NCBI GenBank assembly: GCA_964430545.1
Contig: CAYSFG010000035.1
Coordinates: forward strand, 4,463-68,462
DNA: 64,000 nt
Direction: 5' to 3'
Source of the DNA: Candidatus Woesearchaeota archaeon
GTDB lineage: Archaea > Nanobdellota > Nanobdellia > SCGC-AAA011-G17 > GW2011-AR18
This document shows, piece after piece, positions 1 through 7,397 of the stretch. The notes below the pieces were generated by a model that saw only the letters and a program-made list of their open reading frames with translations, was not told where the DNA came from and did not search any database. A program made the translations under genes and the position numbers. Within the stretch, counting starts at the first letter, position 1. Each line of letters starts with the position of its first letter.

Positions 1-173
1 ATGCCTAAATCTTCAATCTTTTTTAATATATTCTTTCCAAGTCGAGTATCATTATTAATTTCTACATAAGCTATATTCCATGAATAGGTTTTATTATCGA
101 TAATCGCAATAATTTGTTCTCTTTCTGGTTCTGGTAGGTTTGCATATACTTTAAGAAATTTTTCTTTGCTCAT
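1..173 (-). CDS. hypothetical small protein, 5' part only (continues past window start)
   Basis: ATG at 173-171 on the minus strand is preceded by a GGAGAGGT ribosome-binding site (plus 178-185). The frame is open to the window edge (MSKEKFLKVYANLPEPEREQIIAIIDNKTYSWNIAYVEINNDTRLGKNILKKIEDLG...). It is not in the supplied ORF track because it has no in-window stop. Confidence 0.4.
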   Translation of the reverse strand, partial: MSKEKFLKVYANLPEPEREQIIAIIDNKTYSWNIAYVEINNDTRLGKNILKKIEDLG

Positions 174-242
174 AACCTCTCCTCTACTAAAAATTAATAA
201 GTTATAATACTATATAAACTCTATTGTTTATATCATTGTGGT

Positions 243-263
243 TGCTGAAAAGTAGCAAGGATT
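243..263. repeat. copy 1 of a 21-nt motif TTGCTGARAAGTRGCAAGRAT (5-bp stem TTGCT/AGCAA, 7-nt loop); candidate operator/promoter element
   Basis: Direct sequence match with 1611-1631. It lies 5 nt past the stop of CDS 267-950 and about 70 nt upstream of the start of the minus-strand CDS ending at 173. Confidence 0.5.
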
Positions 264-266
264 ATT

Positions 267-950
267 TTATTCTAATTTTAATATCGCTTCTAGGTGTTTT
301 TCAAATATTTTTTGTTCTATATATCCATGTACTCCTTGTAAGTTGTCTTTGAACTGTTTTGAATTTATTGTTTCTTTTATTTTTTCTAGTCTATCCTTTA
401 GTAAGTATCTATTTGATACTTCTTCTTTTATCCATTCTATTTTTTCTGCTTTAGGCATTAGCATGAATATGTCTCTTATGTCTGTGTTTCTGCAGCTTAT
501 CATTTTCATAACTATTAAAGCATCTATGTTTATTATTCTTAGTTTTAGTTCTTCGTTTATTGTTTTACCTCTTAATAATTTTAAGCTTGAATTTTTTATT
601 ATCCATTCTGATTCAAATGTTGCACTTGTTTGTCTGTCCAATACTTTATCAAATAATATGTCTATGCTTGCTTTAAAATTGTTTTCTAATGTTTTTTCAT
701 ACTTATAAAATTTTCCATGATAAGGCAAATCATTGTTTTCTTTAATTGATTCCTTATAATTTAATTTTAATAATTCTTTTATGATTCTATCTAATTCTTT
801 TTGTTCTTTAATTACAATATCGCAATCTATTGAGAATCTAGGAAGGGTATAAGCATTTACTGCATATCCTCCAATTATTACAAATTTAAATTTCTTTATT
901 GATTTTAATATTTTAAATATTTCTTTTTCTCTAATCTGTAGTTGATCCAT
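267..950 (-). CDS. AbiEii/AbiGii-like nucleotidyltransferase (type IV toxin-antitoxin / abortive-infection toxin family)
   Basis: N-terminal 'FVIIGGYAVNAYTLPRFSIDCDIV' fits the GG(T)A...R.S.D.D motif of the AbiEii-type nucleotidyltransferase. C-terminal 'DALIVMKMISCRNTDIRDIFML' fits the K..A...R..RD.YD motif. It overlaps the upstream gene by 20 nt, indicating operon coupling. Confidence 0.5.
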   Translation of the reverse strand: MDQLQIREKEIFKILKSIKKFKFVIIGGYAVNAYTLPRFSIDCDIVIKEQKELDRIIKELLKLNYKESIKENNDLPYHGKFYKYEKTLENNFKASIDILFDKVLDRQTSATFESEWIIKNSSLKLLRGKTINEELKLRIINIDALIVMKMISCRNTDIRDIFMLMPKAEKIEWIKEEVSNRYLLKDRLEKIKETINSKQFKDNLQGVHGYIEQKIFEKHLEAILKLE

Positions 951-1533
951 ATTTTTTCCTCATGTAATTATAGGCATAATTATACATATTATTATCTTTT
1001 GCTATTTTTAATGTGTTCTTTAATTTTTCTACCTTTAATTCATTTATTGTTTTATTTTCTATTTTCGTTACGGGTATTAATATTATATATTCTCCTATTG
1101 TTGATCCTTTATTGATATAATTAGGTACATTATATTTGTTGAAGAAGTTTTTCCAATAATTTAAATCTTTTTTTAATATTTTTATGAAGTATGGTGATTT
1201 TTCTATTCCCCTTTGTACATATGAGTAATCTGACCATATTTCAACAGCTGATAAGTTAGTGAATGCATATTGTTTATCTGATTTTTTTATTAATTCTGGT
1301 ACTTTAAATTCTAATAAATTTTTGAATATATTATTTGGTTCTAAGCATTTGTAAGTATTTTTTGATTCTTTTTTTATCCATCCAGAATTTAATAATAATG
1401 AAAATATTTTCTTCTTCATGCTATTGCCAACAATCCAGTCTAAATCAGATTGTTTGAATGATTCTATTGAACCATGCTTAGAGAAAAATAAAGCATAGGC
1501 TCTTAATCCAAATTGTGGTATCTCATTTATCAT
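931..1533 (-). CDS. hypothetical protein, putative cognate antitoxin/regulator of the downstream nucleotidyltransferase (AbiEi-like by position)
   Basis: 200-aa ORF translationally coupled to the AbiEii-like gene. I recognise no diagnostic motif; the call rests on gene order alone. Confidence 0.35.
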   Translation of the reverse strand: MINEIPQFGLRAYALFFSKHGSIESFKQSDLDWIVGNSMKKKIFSLLLNSGWIKKESKNTYKCLEPNNIFKNLLEFKVPELIKKSDKQYAFTNLSAVEIWSDYSYVQRGIEKSPYFIKILKKDLNYWKNFFNKYNVPNYINKGSTIGEYIILIPVTKIENKTINELKVEKLKNTLKIAKDNNMYNYAYNYMRKKYGSTTD

Positions 1534-1610
1534 AGTTACCTATTAGGTAACCTTATTTATATAACTTTCGTTTTCTAAACATGGTGCTGTTCTATATAAA
1601 TAAAGCATGA

Positions 1611-1631
1611 TTGCTGAGAAGTGGCAAGAAT
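1611..1631. repeat. copy 2 of the 21-nt motif TTGCTGARAAGTRGCAAGRAT (A->G substitutions keep the stem via G-U pairing)
   Basis: Lies 78 nt upstream of the start (1533) of the minus-strand two-gene module. Matches 243-263 at 18 of 21 positions, differing only by transitions. Confidence 0.5.
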
Positions 1632-1992
1632 AAAATTATGAATAATAAGTTTTATAACTTAGACAAAATCTAATAGTTCATAGAATTTCACTTTATTCCC
1701 CATTATTGTTATTAATTTTGCTCTGAACAAGATATTACTGATTATATGGTCTATTTTAAAATATTCATATGTTAAGTTATTGAATTTTAAGATGTTTCAT
1801 CAGAGTTGCGTCCACTATGCCTTTAGATGAAAGTTATACTATATTTTGTGCAGGAAAACATAAGACTTAAAACTATTTAAGTTAAGTATGGCAAATGTAT
1901 GTGCAGGAAAAGAACCATTTCCAATGCTAAGGCATCTGCCGTCGGCGTATAATTTTCTAAAACTTTAAATACTAAAAGAATATTTTTAATAT

Positions 1993-3753
1993 ATGGTTTT
2001 TTCATTATTAAATATACTAGGTTTATTTGGGTTATTATCATTAATACCTTTAATTATTTTATATTTAATAAAACCAAAACCTGATGTGCTAAAAGTTCCA
2101 TCATTAATGTTTTTTATGCAGAAAACAAAATCATCTAGAATACAATCATTATTTAGATATTTTGAAAGAGAATTATTATTTTTTTTACAATTATTAGTAT
2201 TATTATTACTATCATTAAGTTTGGCACAACCAATATTTACAATAAATAAAGATGCTATTTCAAACAATATTGTTTTTTTATTAGACACAAGTGCAAGTTC
2301 AAATGTTATAGAAGTTAATGGACAAACAAGATTAGAAATATCTAAGAATAAAATAAAAGAATTAGCAACAAACAGGAATTCATTAATATTAATAAAATCA
2401 ATTCCAACATTAGCATTAAAAAATGTAGGAAAATCAGAATTATTAAGATATTTAGATAAAATAAAAAGCACAGATGATTTAAGCGATATATCTTCCAGTA
2501 TAATTGCTGCAAGCGAACTAATAACAGAAGGAAAAGGAAGAATAATAGTTTTAAGTGATATGCACACAAGTAAAGGCATTTCCATAGAAACGGCAAGAAA
2601 TATAATTGAAGGAAAGGGAATACATGTTGATTTAATAAATACTGCATCTTATAATAGAAAAAATATAGGAATAATAAATTTATTAATAACAGAAGATAGT
2701 GCTAATTTATATATAAAAAATTATAATAAGAATCTAGAAAATGTTCAATTAAAAATAGGAAATAATCAAAAGATATTACAAATAAAACCAGGAAATACAG
2801 AACCTTATGTCTTTAAGTATAATGAAGGTGTAACTGAAATAAAAATAGAAAATAAAGATGATTTTAGCAATGATAATAAAGTGTATTTAGTAAAACCTTA
2901 TAATGAAACTGTAAAAGTATTATATATCAGCAATAGTCCTTCTAAATATATAAGTGCAGTATTAAATTCTATACCTGGATTAAAAATAACGTATTCAGAA
3001 CCTCCAATAATATCAAAAAATGATTATGATATATATATAATAAATAATATTGATTATAAAAATATACTTGCTGGAACATTAAATGAAATAAAAGAAAAAA
3101 TGGATAAAGGAAAAATAATTATTTTAACAGCACAATATGATTTAAATAAGTTAGACACAGGGTCATTAATAGGTAAATTTGATAATTTAAAAGATGGTGG
3201 AGAAATTAAAACAAATTTTGCAAGTACATTTACAAAAGATGTAGAATTCGGATATGTAAAGAAATATTATCCTATAAAAGAATTTAAAGGACAACAAATA
3301 GCTGTTGTAGAAAATGATACAATTATAGGAATAGATGAAAATCATGGAAAACTATTTTATTATGGATTGATAGATACTGAAAATGATTTTAAACTAAATC
3401 CAAGTTATCCTGTATTTTGGAATTCAATTATATCTTATTTATTAGGCAGATCAACAATAAATGAATTAAATTTACATACAGGGAATTATTTTTATATAGC
3501 AAATGAAAGTATATTATTGGATAAATCTGGTGTGTTTGATTTTGGAAAAAATAAGATAGCTGTAAATTTATTAAATGAAGAAGAATCAAATATTAATATT
3601 ATAACTAATGTTGGGGAAGTTAATAAAATAGATTCTAAACTTGAAAGCATAAAAACAAATGTTGATTATAAATTAGAATTTTATTTAATATTAATTGCAT
3701 TATTATTAATAGCTTTTGAGTTTTATTATATAAAAAGAAGAGGGGAATTATGA
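1993..3753 (+). CDS. BatA-like membrane protein with N-terminal double-TM 'aerotolerance' domain and a vWA domain
   Basis: N-terminus 'LLSLIPLIILYLIKPKP...RIQSLFRY' resembles the BatA N-terminal domain. vWA MIDAS-type motif 'VFLLDTSASS' (DxSxS). A C-terminal TM helix is followed by 'IKRRGE'. Confidence 0.6.
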   Translation: MVFSLLNILGLFGLLSLIPLIILYLIKPKPDVLKVPSLMFFMQKTKSSRIQSLFRYFERELLFFLQLLVLLLLSLSLAQPIFTINKDAISNNIVFLLDTSASSNVIEVNGQTRLEISKNKIKELATNRNSLILIKSIPTLALKNVGKSELLRYLDKIKSTDDLSDISSSIIAASELITEGKGRIIVLSDMHTSKGISIETARNIIEGKGIHVDLINTASYNRKNIGIINLLITEDSANLYIKNYNKNLENVQLKIGNNQKILQIKPGNTEPYVFKYNEGVTEIKIENKDDFSNDNKVYLVKPYNETVKVLYISNSPSKYISAVLNSIPGLKITYSEPPIISKNDYDIYIINNIDYKNILAGTLNEIKEKMDKGKIIILTAQYDLNKLDTGSLIGKFDNLKDGGEIKTNFASTFTKDVEFGYVKKYYPIKEFKGQQIAVVENDTIIGIDENHGKLFYYGLIDTENDFKLNPSYPVFWNSIISYLLGRSTINELNLHTGNYFYIANESILLDKSGVFDFGKNKIAVNLLNEEESNINIITNVGEVNKIDSKLESIKTNVDYKLEFYLILIALLLIAFEFYYIKRRGEL

Positions 3754-6131
3754 TATTAAATATAAATATAATTGATATAGCTTATAACTATTTTGAAAGA
3801 CCTTATGTTTTATTTATCTATTTATTTATTTTTATTGTATTAATATATTTAATTAATAAAAATTTTGTAGAATTGTCATTAGAAAATATAAAAAAAAGTA
3901 AATCTAAAAGATTATTTATATTCATATCAAGGGCTTTAGTATTTTTATTATTAATAATAGCATTAGCAGGACCTTTTATAGAAAAATCTAAAACAATACA
4001 TGGAGAACCCAGAATAAAAATATTAGTGGATAATTCAACATCTATGCAATTATATGACTTAAAAATAGCTGATAAACTTAAAATAGCATTAGAAAATAAA
4101 ATACCAACAGAAATAGAATATATTACATTTGGCGATAAATCGGCGATAGCAGATGCATTAATGGCAAATGTTAAAAAAAATGAAAATATATTATTAATAA
4201 GTGATGGAAATAATAATGTTGGAATTGAATTAGGTGACGTTGTTTTAAGAGCAAATGCATTAAATGCAACAATAAATGCTATAAAATTAAAATCGAAAAA
4301 TTATGATACTTCAATAAGTATTGCCGGAAGTGACAAGACAATAGCTGATGTAGAAAATACTTTTAAAGTAAGAATACAACAAACAGAAAAAAAACCACTA
4401 AGAGTAATAGTAGATGTAGATGGACAACAAATAATAAATAAAATTACAGATAAAGATTTTGATTTTAAACAAACTTTTATTTCCGGATATCATAAAATAA
4501 CTGCTAAAATAGATAATGTTGATTACTTTCCAGAAAATAGTGTTTATTATAAAACAATAAAAGTAGTGCCAAAACCTAAAATATTAATTATTGGAAAAGA
4601 AACTGATGAAATAGAAACATTGTTTAAACCAATATATGATGTTGTTATTATGGATAATATACCTGAAAATCTTAAAGACTATACTTCTTTAGTTATAGAT
4701 AATATTGACGCAAATGATTTAAATGATAAAACACATCAAATATCAAACTTTGTTGCAGAAGGAAATGGATTATTTGTTATTGGTGGTGGTAATTCTTTTG
4801 ATTCTGGAAATTATAAGGGCTCAAGATTTGAACAAATATTGCCAGCTTATGTGGCAAAAGCAGGAAAGAAAAGAGGAGAAACAAATATTGTATTTGTAAT
4901 AGATATAAGTGGAAGTACAGGACATAAATTTGGAGAATCAGTAAAAGTAGATGTAGAAAAAGCACTTGCAGTAGATATGATACAAAATTTAAGTTTAATA
5001 AATAATGTAGGTGCAGTAGCATTTAATACTTTAAGTTATAAACTTTCAGATATACAACCTTTAATATTAAATAAAAATAAAATGTTAGATATTATATCAA
5101 GATTAAAATATGATGGCGGTACATCTATAGGCCAGGGATTAGGGGCAGCTCTTGAAATGTTACAAGATAAAGGCGGAAGCAAGGACATAATTTTAATATC
5201 AGATGGAAAAAATCAAGATTTTGATGAAGCAAGAAATGCTGCAACTGTAGCTGGAAGTAAGGGAATAAGAATATATTCAGTAGGCGTAGGAGAAGATACA
5301 TATAAAGAAAATATGCAATGGTTTGCTGATATCACAGGAGGAACTTATTTTGAACCTGATTCTACAGATAGAATAAGAGTATTATTTGGAAATACACAAA
5401 GCGTAGGTAATAAAAAAATATTTCCTTTAGTTGTAATTGATAAACACCATTTTATAACAAATGAATTTAATCCAAAAGCAAGTCTCTATGGATATAACCA
5501 AATTGTACCAAGCAGCAGTGGAAAAGTATTAATAACAACAGATATTGGTGACCCTATATTAATTACAGGAAGATTAGGTCTTGGGAGAATAGTAGTATTA
5601 GCAACAGACTACAAACTTTATGGATTTGAATTATTAAACAAAGATAATTCATTATTAACAACAAGAACAATGAACTGGATAATAGGAGATCCAGAAAGAA
5701 AAAATGAAAAATATATAAATATACCTGATACAAGAGAAGATGAAGATGCTCAAATAACTATAAGATCAGAAGAACAACCAGTCTCAGATAATATAGCATT
5801 ATATAAAATAGATAATAAGTTGTATATGGGCAGTATAAGAATTGAAAAAAGAGGTTTTAATAGTGCATTAGGCGCAATATTTGCAGTAAACTATAAAAGA
5901 GAATATCAAAATATAATTATAAACCCTGAACTTGAAGAAATAGTAAAATCTACAAATGGAAGGATGTTTGAAGATAATCAAGTTGATGAAATAGTTGAAT
6001 ATGTTAAACAAAGATCTAATAGAGAGGAATTAAAAAAAGTTAATTATGCATGGATATTTGCTATGATTGCTTTAATAATTTATTTAACAGAAGTATGTAT
6101 AAGAAGAATAGCAAAAAATAAAAATTTATAA
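3750..6131 (+). CDS. membrane-anchored protein with two vWA domains (Bat-like)
   Basis: Two MIDAS motifs, 'ILVDNSTSM' and 'VFVIDISGSTG'. N- and C-terminal TM segments. The ATGA overlap with the upstream gene indicates an operon. Confidence 0.6.
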   Translation: MILNINIIDIAYNYFERPYVLFIYLFIFIVLIYLINKNFVELSLENIKKSKSKRLFIFISRALVFLLLIIALAGPFIEKSKTIHGEPRIKILVDNSTSMQLYDLKIADKLKIALENKIPTEIEYITFGDKSAIADALMANVKKNENILLISDGNNNVGIELGDVVLRANALNATINAIKLKSKNYDTSISIAGSDKTIADVENTFKVRIQQTEKKPLRVIVDVDGQQIINKITDKDFDFKQTFISGYHKITAKIDNVDYFPENSVYYKTIKVVPKPKILIIGKETDEIETLFKPIYDVVIMDNIPENLKDYTSLVIDNIDANDLNDKTHQISNFVAEGNGLFVIGGGNSFDSGNYKGSRFEQILPAYVAKAGKKRGETNIVFVIDISGSTGHKFGESVKVDVEKALAVDMIQNLSLINNVGAVAFNTLSYKLSDIQPLILNKNKMLDIISRLKYDGGTSIGQGLGAALEMLQDKGGSKDIILISDGKNQDFDEARNAATVAGSKGIRIYSVGVGEDTYKENMQWFADITGGTYFEPDSTDRIRVLFGNTQSVGNKKIFPLVVIDKHHFITNEFNPKASLYGYNQIVPSSSGKVLITTDIGDPILITGRLGLGRIVVLATDYKLYGFELLNKDNSLLTTRTMNWIIGDPERKNEKYINIPDTREDEDAQITIRSEEQPVSDNIALYKIDNKLYMGSIRIEKRGFNSALGAIFAVNYKREYQNIIINPELEEIVKSTNGRMFEDNQVDEIVEYVKQRSNREELKKVNYAWIFAMIALIIYLTEVCIRRIAKNKNL

Positions 6132-6153
6132 ACTTTAAAAATGATATAATAAC

Positions 6154-6630
6154 ATGGGATTCATAGACTATAATGCAAATTTGGGATTATTTATACTGAT
6201 AATATTAATATCAGGAATAGCAATAGGACTTACTGTATTTTATCAAGCAAATTTTAAAGATATAAATTATAAATATGATACTAAAATAAGTGAATTAAAT
6301 AAAACATTTGAAAAATTATTAGGAACACAAGATGTATTAAACAAAACAAAAGAAGAACTAGATCTAAAAGCAAAAAGAGAAGAAGATTTATCAGGAAAAT
6401 ATACATCAACAAAAGAACAAAAAGAAAGACTACAAACAGAAAATTCAGGATTATCAAAAGATTTAGCAAACACAAGATCACAAGTTGATATACTTAAAGC
6501 ACAGATAGACCAATTAAATTTGAATATAGTTAGTTTACAAACAACAATATCAGATTTAACAAGCCAAAAAAATAATCTAAATACTATAGTAAACTGCTAC
6601 AGGAGTGCAGCACCAAATGCAAATTGTTGA
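6154..6630 (+). CDS. membrane-anchored coiled-coil protein
   Basis: N-terminal TM helix followed by a long heptad-like stretch rich in E/K/L/Q; lies in the Bat-like operon. Confidence 0.45.
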   Translation: MGFIDYNANLGLFILIILISGIAIGLTVFYQANFKDINYKYDTKISELNKTFEKLLGTQDVLNKTKEELDLKAKREEDLSGKYTSTKEQKERLQTENSGLSKDLANTRSQVDILKAQIDQLNLNIVSLQTTISDLTSQKNNLNTIVNCYRSAAPNANC

Positions 6631-7393
6631 AAAAGCATTAAGAGAAATAAAACTTATGATTTATATATTTGATATTGGCAATTTACTACTTAATACATTT
6701 ATAATATTTATGATAATTTTAATATTTACAATATTATTTAATTTTAAATGGTATTTTGCTTTACTAAGTTTAGTATATTTAATATATTTTATTATAAGAG
6801 AAATTAAAAAAAATAAATATTATATTGTAGAAAATAAAGTAAGAGATTTAAGAGAAAGATTAACAACAGTAGCTGATAATTTGTATAAAACTAATCCTAT
6901 AGTTGATTCTTTAAAAGAAGATGTTGTAAAAGATATAAAAAAAATCAAAACATCTTATTTTATAGATTATAATACATTAACCAGCAGATTGATAATATTT
7001 GGATCATTAACTTTTATTGTTGTATTATTAGCTTTTTTAAGTGTGAAATTTGATTTTCAGGGATTTAAACTACCAGAAGTTAATATTGTTACAAATAGAG
7101 GATTTATTAATCAAACAGAAAATTTAAAATTTAGCTTGTCAGAAGGTAACTTAACTGATATATTAGGAAATAAATCAATAGCTGAATTAGGAAAAAAAGA
7201 ATTAAAATTAACAATAAACCCATTAGAAAGTGATACTAATTTAAATGTTATAAAACAAACTCAAAAAGAAGACTTTAATAGCCCAGATTTTCCAAAAGAA
7301 ATATATACAAGATATGATAGATCATATCAAGAAAAAATAGCTAAAGAAAACCAGAAAATAGTTAAAGATTATTTTGAAAAAATAACAAGGTGA
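6605..7393 (+). CDS. membrane protein (hypothetical, Bat-operon member)
   Basis: Several hydrophobic segments; overlaps the upstream gene; same strand and operon as MoxR. Confidence 0.4.
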   Translation: MQHQMQIVEKALREIKLMIYIFDIGNLLLNTFIIFMIILIFTILFNFKWYFALLSLVYLIYFIIREIKKNKYYIVENKVRDLRERLTTVADNLYKTNPIVDSLKEDVVKDIKKIKTSYFIDYNTLTSRLIIFGSLTFIVVLLAFLSVKFDFQGFKLPEVNIVTNRGFINQTENLKFSLSEGNLTDILGNKSIAELGKKELKLTINPLESDTNLNVIKQTQKEDFNSPDFPKEIYTRYDRSYQEKIAKENQKIVKDYFEKITR

Positions 7394-7397
7394 AAAA

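Noticed and set aside
343-708. Track ORFs antisense or overlapping within longer genes (for example 343-708 +, 1986-2585 -, 2342-2647 -, 4777-5022 -, 6267-6481 -, 8215-8986 - set, 10258-10443 -, 11383-11652 +, 11851-12081 +, 14024-14224 -, 16101-16427 -, 19518-19910 -, 21808-21993 -, 24789-25040 -, 26486-26677 -, 31021-31335 +, 31849-32100 -, 32488-32790 -, 38854-39327 -, 39354-39626 -, 42476-43036 - set, 44589-44780 -, 45651-45839 +, 48581-48934 +, 52296-52759 -, 53654-53860 -, 56142-56384 -, 58112-58417 -, 59645-59845 -)
   Set aside because: All lie inside or opposite clearly motif-bearing genes. Their translations are low-complexity L/F/I/Y-rich strings, as expected from the reverse complement of AT-rich coding sequence. 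None has its own ribosome-binding site or promoter context.
1795-1832. Possible C/D-box sRNA (GATGA / TCATC elements)
   Set aside because: The box order and spacing do not fit RUGAUGA...CUGA with a terminal stem on either strand. It is kept only as part of the generic structured-region finding.
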